This document shows positions 29,519 to 39,756 of a stretch of 64,000 nt of DNA, piece by piece. Within the stretch, counting starts at the first letter, position 1. Each line of letters opens with the position of its first letter. The stretch is from Candidatus Kapaibacterium sp. (GTDB taxonomy: Bacteria > Bacteroidota > Ignavibacteria > Kapaibacteriales > UBA2268). Below the pieces are notes generated by a model. That model was not told the origin of the DNA. It ran no database searches and saw only the letters and a list, made by a program, of their open reading frames with translations. Where the stretch lies: NCBI GenBank assembly GCA_963665665.1, contig OY762428.1, positions 928,001 through 992,000 of the forward strand, given 5' to 3'. The translations under genes and the position numbers were made by a program.

Positions 29519-29611
29519 TGTCATTCTGAGCGCAGCGAAGAATCTATAACCAGCATGAATACTGGATTCTTCACTTCGTTCAGCCTGCCCTCGGCTTGTC
29601 GGGGAATGACA
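29519..29611. repeat. REP-like palindrome TGTCATTCTGAGCGCAGCGAAGAATCT...GATTCTTCACTTCGTTCAG[insert]AATGACA
   Basis: Inverted repeat with a nested 21-bp insert at 29584-29604. Sibling without the insert at 41904-41974. Confidence 0.8.
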
Positions 29612-29682
29612 AATCGAAAATATTTCAAATAAAGAAACATCCCGATCAACAATCAAAAATTTTATCAGTATTATTTAACTCT

Positions 29683-30558
29683 TTATTTCTTTTTCAGTAT
29701 CTGGAACAGTTCATCAAGTTTGGGCGTCAGGATAATTTCCGTGCGCCTGTTTTGTGCTCTTATTTCGGGGGTATCGCCCTCGGTTACGGGGAAGTATTCA
29801 CCACGGCCGGAGGAAATAATCCTCGATGGATCAACTCCGCCGTCTTCAACAAGGTAGCGGGTTACTTCAGTTGCCCTTAGAACGCTCAGGTCCCAGTTAT
29901 CCTTGAACCTCGGGTTGCCTTTCACTTTTGCCACGTCGGTATGGCCTTCAACCACAATATTGATATCTGCCTGTTCATTCAGAACATCAGCAAGGCTTTT
30001 AAGGGCATTTTTCCCGTTTTTATCAATATTCGTGCTGCCAAGCCCGAAAATCAGCTGGTTCGCCAGAGTAACATAGATTCGCCCGTCTTTTACAGCAAGT
30101 GAAAGGCCGCTGTCCTTAAATCCAAGTAGAGACGTTTCAAGTTTTGCCATCAATCTTTCCAGGGCACTTTCTCTTTCTCTGAGTTTTGATTCGATATCCT
30201 TTATAAGCGCTTCCCTGGCGCTAAGTTCCTGTTTGCTTTTTTCCAGTTTGTCTATCAGAGACTGGATTTCGGCACTGCTGCTGGATTTCATGGACTTTAT
30301 CTGTTCTTCCAAAGATGCAATTTCCTTGCTCATAACTTCCCTGCTCAGGTTCAAAGATTCAATCTCTTTGTTCAGCTCTTCTATAGTCCTATTTCTTTCA
30401 GCAAGTTTCATCTCAAGGGATTTTCTTGTTTCCTGCTCACTCTGGAAATCCTTCAGAACGCCCTTGTATTTCAACTCAAGCTCGTCGTACTTTCCTGCGG
30501 TAACACAGCCGGTAAGAACAATCATAACCGCTATAAATAAAATGTTTACTGTTTTCAT
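29683..30558 (-). CDS. OmpA/MotB-family lipoprotein with coiled coil
   Basis: Lipobox LTG-C from ATG 30558. Motifs VEGHTD, DNWDLSVLRA, GRGEYFP, NRRTEIIL. Confidence 0.9.
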   Translation of the reverse strand: MKTVNILFIAVMIVLTGCVTAGKYDELELKYKGVLKDFQSEQETRKSLEMKLAERNRTIEELNKEIESLNLSREVMSKEIASLEEQIKSMKSSSSAEIQSLIDKLEKSKQELSAREALIKDIESKLRERESALERLMAKLETSLLGFKDSGLSLAVKDGRIYVTLANQLIFGLGSTNIDKNGKNALKSLADVLNEQADINIVVEGHTDVAKVKGNPRFKDNWDLSVLRATEVTRYLVEDGGVDPSRIISSGRGEYFPVTEGDTPEIRAQNRRTEIILTPKLDELFQILKKK

Positions 30559-30935
30559 TACAATTCCCCGATATGGTTTATTAATAATTATCAAAATTAA
30601 ATGAACTCTATTAATAGCAAATTGAAGTATTAATGTATATTTTATTGGGTAAACAGTTTCCAAATAAATTTTTTTGTTATTTCTGCACCCGATAACGAAA
30701 ATATTGCAAATTTCCGGTCAGTGCATATCATAACTTCTCTGCTACCCTAAAGATACACAAAATAAATCTCCAGCTCTTCAAAAATCCGAAAAATCAGTAC
30801 TTGTATGAAAGCTGCAATCCAAAGCTATGGAATGGTTTAGATTCAAATACAACCTTTGTTGTGTAAATACAAAACCTTGCGATAATATTATTTATGCCTG
30901 AAAGTTTAGTATATAAGTATATGAATTATCTTAAA

Positions 30936-31898
30936 TTAATTTATTTCTTCTCTCCCGCCTGTACTTGTTCTGAGTATCATTCCGAATTCGGAGCTTATCA
31001 CAAGGTTTTCCGAATCGATAGCAAAAATATCAAGCAGGACAAAGTCTGTATCAGTTTCCTGCAATGTCCATGTAGTACCGGAATCTTCGGTGTAATACAC
31101 AGCCCCGTTATGTCCGCACACCCAGCCATGGTCTTTGTCAGTAAAGCATATCCCGAGAAGTGTGGCTTCGGTGCTTACCTGTATAGTTTCCCAGGTCTGT
31201 CCGCCGTCACTTGTCCTGATTATATCTTTGGGATTGGATATAATAAAAGCATGATACTGGTCGGGAAATGCAATTTTCTGGTAGTTATCCAGTTCGTCTA
31301 TCTCAACAACATCCCAACTGGCACCTCCGTCATGTGTTATTATTACCTGCCCATAAGCACTGCTTACCATACCATGCAGCCCGTCGGCAAATGCAATATC
31401 ATTAACATAAATATCATCAGGAAATGTTTCATTCTCCTGCCAGATACCACCGCTGTTCGTTGAATAAAGTATTTTATCGCCGCAAACAGCCCAGGCATAA
31501 TTCCTTGAACTTACAGCCAGGCCGGAAACACTAAAATCCCCGGGATTATCCCATACTTTCATCCAGTTGGCTCCGCCGTCAACTGTCCTGTAGATATTTA
31601 CACCACACAAGATAGAATTATTCATGTCATAATTATGGATATTATAAAACTGCTGCAATTCCGGATGCCTTTGTTCAGACCAGTTTTTGCCGCCGTCTGT
31701 TGTTGTTGCTATCAGGCTGCTGTCTCCGCAAACGCGTCCAAAACTATAATCGATAAAATGGGAGGATATTACATAAGGCCTGCTGCCGGTCTCTATCTTC
31801 ACCCAGCCGTTAAAATCCTGAATATTACTTGTCGGATCATCGTCAGAACATGATACTATAACAATCAGTAAAAACAAAATTGATAATTTGGAATACAT
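30936..31898 (-). CDS. YCF48-like beta-propeller lipoprotein
   Basis: IVS-C lipobox and repeated TxDGGxxW motifs. Confidence 0.85.
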   Translation of the reverse strand: MYSKLSILFLLIVIVSCSDDDPTSNIQDFNGWVKIETGSRPYVISSHFIDYSFGRVCGDSSLIATTTDGGKNWSEQRHPELQQFYNIHNYDMNNSILCGVNIYRTVDGGANWMKVWDNPGDFSVSGLAVSSRNYAWAVCGDKILYSTNSGGIWQENETFPDDIYVNDIAFADGLHGMVSSAYGQVIITHDGGASWDVVEIDELDNYQKIAFPDQYHAFIISNPKDIIRTSDGGQTWETIQVSTEATLLGICFTDKDHGWVCGHNGAVYYTEDSGTTWTLQETDTDFVLLDIFAIDSENLVISSEFGMILRTSTGGREEIN

Positions 31899-32035
31899 AT
31901 TACTATCCGTTATTAATTACAAAATATATAACTAATATATTCAATACAGGCTAATATTCCAATCAAAATTGCTTATTGGATTCAACAATCTTTCTTTATT
32001 ATTAGGATATTATATTCTGATAAGATTGATAACGG

Positions 32036-32776
32036 CTATTCTGCCGGAACGGGAACAGAATGCAGCATATATCGGGGAGCAGCTATGCCGGTTCCGTTAA
32101 AGTAGCCTTTTGCCGTCATGGTATAAAGCCTGCCTTTTTCTAGGATTGCCTCGGTGCTTGTTAGCAGGCTGTCATTTGAAGAATTAATAATATCAATAGT
32201 GAAAATACCCGGATCAAGCTCATCGAATGAGGAAAAGGATGTATATTTCAATCTGCTATGTTCCGGAGTATCACTATGCAATACAAAAAGTAGTGGCGGT
32301 GATTCATCCGGGAAATTTGTCATAACGTGGAGAAACCGCAAATAGGTCTTTTCCTGTTTATATCCGTTATCAGGATCATCAAGCATTAGCATCCTGATCT
32401 TCCGCCCGCTTCCGGGGCCATACCCGATAAGTGTGTAATATTTATCCTTTTCAAAATTTGAAAGAAGGTTGAAAAAAGGATAATCTGCATCAGGTAATTG
32501 AAAACGAACATTATTATCACCGGCAGCAATCCTGTGATATAATCCTTCCCGGCCTGTATAACCCTGGTTCTCAATTGTTACCACATCAGTTACAAGGTTG
32601 ATCTGATCAATATCAGGCATAGCGTTGATAAATGTTACATTGGAAGCATCATCCGGATCAAATTCTTTATCAGTGTCAATTCCCGGAATACATTCACAAG
32701 CCGCTGACGCTATTAATATTAAAGCGCCAACGGCTAATTGTTTCCCCAATAAAATTATTTTACTGCCAATTTTCAT
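32036..32776 (-). CDS. DUF4397-like lipoprotein
   Basis: ASA-C lipobox. Two repeats (VTFINAMPD...KYYTLIGYG and LRFLHVM...LYTMTAKG). Confidence 0.7.
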   Translation of the reverse strand: MKIGSKIILLGKQLAVGALILIASAACECIPGIDTDKEFDPDDASNVTFINAMPDIDQINLVTDVVTIENQGYTGREGLYHRIAAGDNNVRFQLPDADYPFFNLLSNFEKDKYYTLIGYGPGSGRKIRMLMLDDPDNGYKQEKTYLRFLHVMTNFPDESPPLLFVLHSDTPEHSRLKYTSFSSFDELDPGIFTIDIINSSNDSLLTSTEAILEKGRLYTMTAKGYFNGTGIAAPRYMLHSVPVPAE

Positions 32777-32796
32777 GGCTGAAATTCTTTTTCAAA

Positions 32797-34176
32797 TTAA
32801 AAATGATAATTAAATCCGTAAGTTATTCCTGATTTCCTTGTGTTATAAATATTTCCGTCAACATTGTACAGCAAGGTTGAAAGCTCGTAGCCAAGGCTGA
32901 ACGAAATACCCCTGTATCTCATTGATAGTCCTGCCTGCCCCCTGAATACCGGCCCAAGTGAGGAATATGCCGCGAACACCTGCGAGTATGGTTTCAGCAT
33001 AAGCCAGTTTGTCAATCCAAGGTCATCCATTGTATATCGAACACCTGTACCAAGCCAGAATCTTTCGGGGCTTTGCTGCTGAAGGCCTGTACGGCCGTCA
33101 ATAACAGAAGTAAATTCCATCGGGAAGGCTTCATTTCCTGTTTCAAGCATCACTGCCCAATTATTGTTCAGCCTGTAAAAAGCTCCAATCGCAAAGTTTT
33201 TGCTGATAGCATTTTGCCCCGCTCCGGAATTGAAATCAACATTCGAATTCATTGAGAACCCGCGAACCTGAAGGAACATTTTTGTATTGTCAATATAAGG
33301 GTTATAATTAAGTGCACCGGGTGTATCGAAATAACTACCTGCCCCAGGCCCGTTAACATTTACAGGAACGGCTAATTCATTCGAAGCGTTGTTTCTGGAG
33401 ATCAAACCACCATTTTCGAGATGATTTGCAGATGCAATAAGTTCTTCACTATTATGAGTAGGAGTAATTATCGATATTGTATTCCCGTATTTTGTGTCGG
33501 ATGAATTTGTGATGTCATTATCGGCAAATCTATTATCGTTAGCAGGTTGATTCGATCTGTCCGTAATTCCGGAATTCGAATTAATTCCGTTTATATTATT
33601 CCGATAATTATTATCGGAACGGGAGTTTGAATTAGAATATTTCTTAGCAGCTGTAAATGAAAATTCATCGAAAGCTACCAGATTGTTTGCTGATATTGCA
33701 TCATCACTCCTGGTGTTAACATTATTTTCATCTTCATAAGAGCTTACAACAGGAATGGAATTTCTGCCTGAATTTTCCGCAAAATTCATATCCGTGGTAT
33801 TGTCCGGCCCTGTATAGAAAAGGGAGAATAATAGTGCTGTTACAGCCGAGGCCAGAAATGCGGCACCAAGAAGCGGATAATGCTTTTTGATCAGTGCCAG
33901 AGCGGCGGCATATTTCCCATTCCCCGATGGAACTTCTTCCATTGCTACATCGCCGGACGGTATAGAAAAACCGAGGGATGAAAACAGGGCGTTTGTTGTC
34001 TCGAGTGGTGGAGATATGGAATTCATATCCATTCTGGCGATATTATTAATACTCACCTGACGGTCGAATTCCTGCCTTATCTCCGGGTTTGCGGCAAGCT
34101 CGGAAAAAAGAGCCTCCTTCCGGGCTTCTTCAAGCCCCCCGTCGAGATATTCATGTATCAGTTTCGAATAAGACAT
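32797..34176 (-). CDS. Putative anti-sigma factor: N-terminal helical domain, TM helix, Asn-rich linker, C-terminal beta-barrel-like domain
   Basis: Directly downstream of the ECF sigma. LIHEYLDGGL...LFSELA start, one TM helix, amphipathic strands ending YGFNYHF. Confidence 0.65.
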   Translation of the reverse strand: MSYSKLIHEYLDGGLEEARKEALFSELAANPEIRQEFDRQVSINNIARMDMNSISPPLETTNALFSSLGFSIPSGDVAMEEVPSGNGKYAAALALIKKHYPLLGAAFLASAVTALLFSLFYTGPDNTTDMNFAENSGRNSIPVVSSYEDENNVNTRSDDAISANNLVAFDEFSFTAAKKYSNSNSRSDNNYRNNINGINSNSGITDRSNQPANDNRFADNDITNSSDTKYGNTISIITPTHNSEELIASANHLENGGLISRNNASNELAVPVNVNGPGAGSYFDTPGALNYNPYIDNTKMFLQVRGFSMNSNVDFNSGAGQNAISKNFAIGAFYRLNNNWAVMLETGNEAFPMEFTSVIDGRTGLQQQSPERFWLGTGVRYTMDDLGLTNWLMLKPYSQVFAAYSSLGPVFRGQAGLSMRYRGISFSLGYELSTLLYNVDGNIYNTRKSGITYGFNYHF

Positions 34177-34197
34177 TATAATTAACCTGCTATATAT

Positions 34198-34758
34198 TTA
34201 TTTCGACAAATCCTGCATATATGGTTCAAGTATATCCTTGATCTTTTCCTTTGCTCTCCAAACCCGGTTTTTCACTGCTGTAATGGAATCACCGGTGATT
34301 TTTGAGATTTCCTTGTAGCTCATTCCCTGGTATTGCCGGAGAATAAAAGCCTCGCGGTATTCGAAGTCAAGCAATTCAAGAGCCCTGGCTATCAATTCAA
34401 GCAATTCTTTTTGTTCATACCCGGTGTCAGTCGAGAAAACATTGTAGTCTTCAATATTGACGCTGATTTTCAAGTTACGCTTATAATTAATACACTGGTT
34501 TCTTGCAATTGTTATCAGGTATCCCGGAATATTTTCAAGGCGCTCTTTATTTTTTGAAGAATTATAGAAATTTGTAAATGTTTCCTGGAATATATCCCTC
34601 GCATCATCCTGGCTTCCCGTAACTCTTAGGCAGTAGGCATAAATCCTTTGTGAGTAGCGTGAATACAACTCGGCAAAAGCTGTTTCCGCTTCTTTCTTAC
34701 TACCCCGGAGCTTCGAGTAAAGCTCGGAATCGGAATATTTTCCTACAGGTTTTTCCAT
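34198..34758 (-). CDS. ECF RNA polymerase sigma factor
   Basis: Region 2 (DARDIFQETF, YLITIARNQCIN) and region 4 (REAFILRQYQGMSYKEIS...VKNRVWRA). Confidence 0.93.
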   Translation of the reverse strand: MEKPVGKYSDSELYSKLRGSKKEAETAFAELYSRYSQRIYAYCLRVTGSQDDARDIFQETFTNFYNSSKNKERLENIPGYLITIARNQCINYKRNLKISVNIEDYNVFSTDTGYEQKELLELIARALELLDFEYREAFILRQYQGMSYKEISKITGDSITAVKNRVWRAKEKIKDILEPYMQDLSK

Positions 34759-34807
34759 TTACACAATTCTCCAAAGTATCTAAAGGAGAAATTCAAAATT
34801 TCGATGC

Positions 34808-35896
34808 TTAGTACCAGTATCCTCTTATTACATTGTTGCCTATCACCATCTGAGATACAGTCTTATCGTCTTCATCCAGCCTGATAAGTATCAAAGTAGC
34901 GCCATTATATTCATTGTCCAGTATAAAACGGCTATTATAGAGAATCATTTCACCGTTTGCCGACCATTGAGGATATAAATTGCTTTCAGTAGAGTCTCTT
35001 TCGGTTAACAACCTGAAATCGGGGTCACCGTTTTCTAGTTTCATCGACCAGATATCACCGTTTCGGGAACTGAAACTAACCCTGTTTTTAACTGTCGGAG
35101 ACAGGTCAGGATTAATTGGCCCGAGATTATCAAGAAGAAATTCTTCGTAAGTCTTCCCAATAATATCATCAAGATAAATCACACCTGATTTCTCGGTTGT
35201 AATTCCGAAAGCAACAGAGCTGTTATCTCCGGACCAGTCAATTGACGGCGGCGCAATAAGTGCATCCTGCAAGATATCAATTTCCCTGCGATAAACCTCG
35301 TTCCTGATATTCTCTGTTTCTATCACCCTCAGAATCAGCTTGTTTTTTTCAGTATTGGATTCAAAAAAAGCAAGCATACTTCCGTCCGGAGAAAATGCCG
35401 GAAGAGTATTACCGGCGAGAACACTTGTCGGCCTGTCCGCAGAGCTACCGCTTATCGTCACCGTCCAGAGCTCGTTATTACCACCTGTGAAAGCTATAAG
35501 TTTGCCATTCGGAGATATAATTGGAGTGGAGATAATAGTTCCCACAAGCAGAGAGTTTATCACAGTTCGCGGATTATCTCCATTAATCCCGGCTACAATA
35601 ATCGAATCGTTACCAACAGGATCATCCCTGAGAAAAGCAAGCAAGCCGTTTTCAGAGGGCGGCGAATAAATCGAGCCGTTCTCAATCAACTGCATCAGCC
35701 TGCTTCCTTTCGGTGATATCCTGAATACTGATGGTATCTCTCCGTTGATGGGCCTGGCAGTGAAATAGATGTCTCCTTTCGAACCTCCCGCGCCGGAACC
35801 GCTTCCCGAACAGGGGTCATAACATCCCCAGGCTAACTGGCAAAGCATTAAAATTCCAAAGAACAATCCCTTAAATCCGGGTTTAGCATAGGCCAT
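34808..35896 (-). CDS. TolB-like (PD40) beta-propeller lipoprotein
   Basis: LAWG-C lipobox. Repeats ISPNGKLIAF, PAFSPDGSMLAF, PQWSANGEMILY. Alternative ATG at 35953. Confidence 0.8.
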   Translation of the reverse strand: MAYAKPGFKGLFFGILMLCQLAWGCYDPCSGSGSGAGGSKGDIYFTARPINGEIPSVFRISPKGSRLMQLIENGSIYSPPSENGLLAFLRDDPVGNDSIIVAGINGDNPRTVINSLLVGTIISTPIISPNGKLIAFTGGNNELWTVTISGSSADRPTSVLAGNTLPAFSPDGSMLAFFESNTEKNKLILRVIETENIRNEVYRREIDILQDALIAPPSIDWSGDNSSVAFGITTEKSGVIYLDDIIGKTYEEFLLDNLGPINPDLSPTVKNRVSFSSRNGDIWSMKLENGDPDFRLLTERDSTESNLYPQWSANGEMILYNSRFILDNEYNGATLILIRLDEDDKTVSQMVIGNNVIRGYWY

Positions 35897-35974
35897 GGTT
35901 TTAAAATCAATTAATTTCCAAATATCATTATTTTTATACCCGGCCGCAGCCATAATTACCTTTCTTCTAATTAC

Positions 35975-36003
35975 AATGACACACAAACATCAAAAAGGTC
36001 TCA
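35975..36003 (-). promoter_or_regulatory. ECF-type promoter TGAGACCTTTTTGATGTTTGTGTGTCATT
   Basis: The same 29-nt bipartite motif occurs at 47232-47260 and 55691-55719. Upstream of the operon encoding an ECF sigma. Confidence 0.7.
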
Positions 36004-36167
36004 GGAAATTATAATTTTTTTTTCAAAACCAGTAATTTTTTTTAATATTTTCAGAAAAAAGCTTAAAAATGGTAAATTGATATCAGTTGCCCGATGCATC
36101 TTAGCTATCTGACATTCTGAATAATACAAAAAAATATGCAAGAGCGTTAAAGGTATAATAAAAAAAA

Positions 36168-36268
36168 AGCGGCGTAGCCGCGACATTTTTGTAGAAAGGC
36201 AAACCCTGGAGAAATAAAAGCCCCGTCGGGGCGACATAAACAGAAACTGGTGTCGCTCCTACGGAGCT
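36168..36268. repeat. REP cluster of three short hairpins (AGCGGCGTAGCCGCGACAT, AGCCCCGTCGGGGCGACAT, inverted TGTCGCTCCTACGGAGCT)
   Basis: Two direct copies and one inverted copy of a hairpin-GCGACA unit in intergenic DNA. Confidence 0.75.
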
Positions 36269-36376
36269 TTTGTCTTTTTCATTTTTTAGTTTATAAAAAG
36301 GAGTCCGCTTGCACTTAAAAGAAAAATGAAGAATAATAAGTTGACCCCATCAGGGAAAATCAGTTTTGATTTTTAC

Positions 36377-37222
36377 CTACAAAATCCCTTTCATTGCCAA
36401 AGCTATCACTGCAATACCAAGAATAATCCTGTAAACAATGAACAGGAGCGTGGACCTGGTTCTTAGAAACTTCAACAGGAAAGCTATTGAAGCGTAGCCG
36501 CTGACCGCGGATACCAGAGTTGCAATAAGCAAGTTTAGCCCCTGAGAAGCGGTAAGGTAATCCAAACTTTGGTAAAATTCAAGCAGGCCGCTTCCCAAAA
36601 CAGCCGGAATGCTTAGCAGGAATGAAAACCTGGCTGCCGTTTCACGTTTCATACCAAGGAAAAGCCCCGCCGTAATAGTAGTGCCTGAACGCGACGAACC
36701 CGGGATAAGAGCCACGCACTGAGCCAACCCTACGCCAAGGGCATCTTTCCAGCCAATATCTTTAGCTTGCTTTGTGAATTTTGCCGTCAGTTCGGCCAGC
36801 CCGAGTATCAGGGCAAGGCCGATCAGGCTCCCGCCGATGATGTAGGGATCTTTAGTCAGTGAGCCTTCAATAATTTTTTTCAGGCCCAGGCCTATAAAAA
36901 CAATGGGAAGCGAACCAATAATTATATACCAGCCCATTCTGGACTGCTGCGACTGCTCCCCGAATTTCTTCCTTGAGCCGCCAATATTCTCTTTGAGGAA
37001 AGCAGTCGGTATCTCGCGAATTTCTTTCATGAAATAAAGCAGTACGGCAATCAGCGTACCCAGTTGAATTACGGCGATAAAGGCCGTCCATTGCTCGGGA
37101 TTCTCCGGGTTGGTAAGACCCATTAGCTTGCCGGCAATAGTAAGGTGGGCCGTGCTGCTGATTGGTATAAATTCGGACAAGCCCTGTATAATTCCAAGTA
37201 TTATAGCTTCAAAAATTGTCAT
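36377..37222 (-). CDS. uppP: Undecaprenyl-diphosphate phosphatase
   Basis: ILGIIQGLSEFIPISSTAH, QLGT, ALIPGSSRSGTT, ARFSFLLSIP. Confidence 0.96.
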   Translation of the reverse strand: MTIFEAIILGIIQGLSEFIPISSTAHLTIAGKLMGLTNPENPEQWTAFIAVIQLGTLIAVLLYFMKEIREIPTAFLKENIGGSRKKFGEQSQQSRMGWYIIIGSLPIVFIGLGLKKIIEGSLTKDPYIIGGSLIGLALILGLAELTAKFTKQAKDIGWKDALGVGLAQCVALIPGSSRSGTTITAGLFLGMKRETAARFSFLLSIPAVLGSGLLEFYQSLDYLTASQGLNLLIATLVSAVSGYASIAFLLKFLRTRSTLLFIVYRIILGIAVIALAMKGIL

Positions 37223-37564
37223 TTTCCGTTCCTGTACTTCATTTTGTCTTTTATCAATTCCTCAAAATTACGATTTAAAATAGTTTTCTATAGCTAAAAA
37301 AATCCGGTATTATTAAAAGAGGTATAAAAACTCCTGTGCAGTTATTCCGGTGAAGAATCAGATACCTGATTAAATTCTGATATCAAGATGATATAAATAG
37401 TGAGTACAGTTGCATTAGACGCTGTCTGATGAATTACGATTAAATATTGATCAGCCCAAATTCGAATGAAATACCTGGCTATTTGTTGAATTTTACACTT
37501 GCAGATTCAATTATTAATCACTATTTTGATTTAATTGATATTACTCATTAATACCCTGATCATT

Positions 37565-39649
37565 ATGAAAACTTTTATTACATTGATAGCCTTTTTCGTA
37601 GCAAACTCCCTTTTGTCCCAAACACCGGAATGGGATAATATCCAGTTCAATAACGATGTTTTTCACATTGACAAAAAGGACAGTATAGTATGGGCAGTAA
37701 CTTCTGCTGGTATAGTTAAATTAAATGCTAATACTGATGAAAACCGGCTTTATAACCGTGCCAATACTCCGCTGTCGGGCAACTGGCAGGACATTTCCGC
37801 AATAGCTATTGATTCCTCCGGCAATTTCTGGGCAGGCTACAGCGATTTTAAAGTTGACAGAATCATCGGCGACGAATGCGAGAGTTTTGATTTGATTGAA
37901 TTATTGAATCTATCAGATGTTCCTAATTTTACAACATATAGAACTGAAATAACTAATATACGAACAAGCCCAAATGGTGATGTTAATTTTTGGCTGCAAA
38001 CAGGCGGATTAGCCATTTATAATAGCGGGGAATGGTCACACCATTATATTGATCAGGATTTTTATAATTGTAATGATTTCGAAGTCGGTTTGAACAATGA
38101 GTTGTATCTTCTACACAGTCATAGTTTGAGTATTTTTTATAATGCTGATTCAGTAGAAAAAGTTTCTTTACCAATAGAAAATATTTTGTATTCAATTGCA
38201 ACACGGGGCGATGAAATTTTTATTGGCGATTCAAAGGGAAGGTTAAGTCTCTTTAAAAACGATTCTCTTAAAACAATTTTAGATGAAAACTCCATAACCA
38301 GCGGTAGGCAAATTGATGATATAATATATCAGCAAAATGTTAATAATTTTTATATTAATGCCGGGAACAGATATTTTGTACTTGGCGGAAATAATTTTGA
38401 AGAAGTGGAAAAAATTGAAAATTCTCTTCAACAAGATATACTGATAAACTGTATGATACCCGATATCTTTGGCAATATCTGGTTTGGAACTAATAAGGGA
38501 ATTTTTGAAGGAGAGGAAAATAAATACTTTGCCGAATCAAGAATATCTGATAACTTTATCTATGATTTATTCCCCGATGGGAAAGATGTTTATATAGCTA
38601 CAGAAAATGAAATTAAACGTTTCAATAGTGGAGAATGGATACTAATTACTGATGATGAAAAATATCTTGGTAGAAAATCAAATTTTGTGAAGTATAGGGA
38701 TGGGATCGTAATTTCAACTCTTAAAAACTTACTTTTTATTAAAAATGACAATATTGTTGCCTTTAGTTATCCTCTGAATTATGAAGCCACCTTTACACAT
38801 AAAATCTGTACCGATGATGAATATGTTTATATACCAGGATCGGATAATTTTTTTATGTTTGACTCTTATAACATAATTAGCTTATCCTATGAGGACGGCA
38901 AATCAAGATCAACATTTGATAACTATATGAAGTCCTGTTTTCTTGATGAAGATGGAAATGTATGGATTTGTACAAAAGATAAAATATTTAAATATGACAA
39001 ATATTCTTTGGAAGAAATTTTTGGAGAAGAAACCCAACCCGCCAAGCCGTTTATAAATGCTGATTTTATTGATAACAATTTTTGGATATTTAATTCCGAA
39101 GGAGCTTTCAAAGAGGAAGATGGCAATTTTATAAAATATGATTTTGGGCTGGATTATGGTACATGGCGTGAAAATATTATGGATATTATTCCAGCAGAAG
39201 ATGGAAATATGTGGGTAATTGCCAACAAACCCAGGCTATGGGACGGAGAGAAGTTTATTGACAGCGTTGATTATTCAAATTCCGGCATCCACTACGAAAA
39301 TATTGAGGGAATGCGTAAAGATAAATACGGAAATCTTTGGTTCTTTGATAGTAACAAGGGAATTAGTATGTATCGCAAGGGCGGTATAAACAGTGTTGAG
39401 GATTTGCCTGTTTATAACCCGGAAGTTTATATTTACCCTAACCCTGCAAACGGAAAGATCAACTTCGAATTACCAGAAGAGTTTAATGCTATCGAAGCCC
39501 GGATATATAATATAGAAGGAAAATTGGTATTGGAAGAAGAGCTGACAGGAAACGAAATAAATTTGAACAGTTTGACTTGCGGCTCGTATATAATCGAATT
39601 TTCGGATAAGAAAACAAGAATAAGTAAAAAGGTTGAGATTGTAAAGTAG
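37565..39649 (+). CDS. Secreted beta-propeller protein with T9SS type A sorting domain (paralogue 1)
   Basis: Signal peptide, DxxGNxW propeller repeats, C-terminal IYPNPA...GSYIIEF...SKKVEIVK. Confidence 0.87.
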   Translation: MKTFITLIAFFVANSLLSQTPEWDNIQFNNDVFHIDKKDSIVWAVTSAGIVKLNANTDENRLYNRANTPLSGNWQDISAIAIDSSGNFWAGYSDFKVDRIIGDECESFDLIELLNLSDVPNFTTYRTEITNIRTSPNGDVNFWLQTGGLAIYNSGEWSHHYIDQDFYNCNDFEVGLNNELYLLHSHSLSIFYNADSVEKVSLPIENILYSIATRGDEIFIGDSKGRLSLFKNDSLKTILDENSITSGRQIDDIIYQQNVNNFYINAGNRYFVLGGNNFEEVEKIENSLQQDILINCMIPDIFGNIWFGTNKGIFEGEENKYFAESRISDNFIYDLFPDGKDVYIATENEIKRFNSGEWILITDDEKYLGRKSNFVKYRDGIVISTLKNLLFIKNDNIVAFSYPLNYEATFTHKICTDDEYVYIPGSDNFFMFDSYNIISLSYEDGKSRSTFDNYMKSCFLDEDGNVWICTKDKIFKYDKYSLEEIFGEETQPAKPFINADFIDNNFWIFNSEGAFKEEDGNFIKYDFGLDYGTWRENIMDIIPAEDGNMWVIANKPRLWDGEKFIDSVDYSNSGIHYENIEGMRKDKYGNLWFFDSNKGISMYRKGGINSVEDLPVYNPEVYIYPNPANGKINFELPEEFNAIEARIYNIEGKLVLEEELTGNEINLNSLTCGSYIIEFSDKKTRISKKVEIVK

Positions 39650-39756
39650 ATACAACAATATCTGTAAATATAATTTTATGTATTAATATTTTGTTATTTT
39701 ATAAAAATATTATAAGTTACAATAAGTTATTATTAATAATTATCTGCCAGATCATT

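Noticed and set aside
36001-36237. 78-aa ORF (and 29420-29656)
   Set aside because: Both begin in or cross REP-like repeats and are typical spurious REP-derived ORFs.
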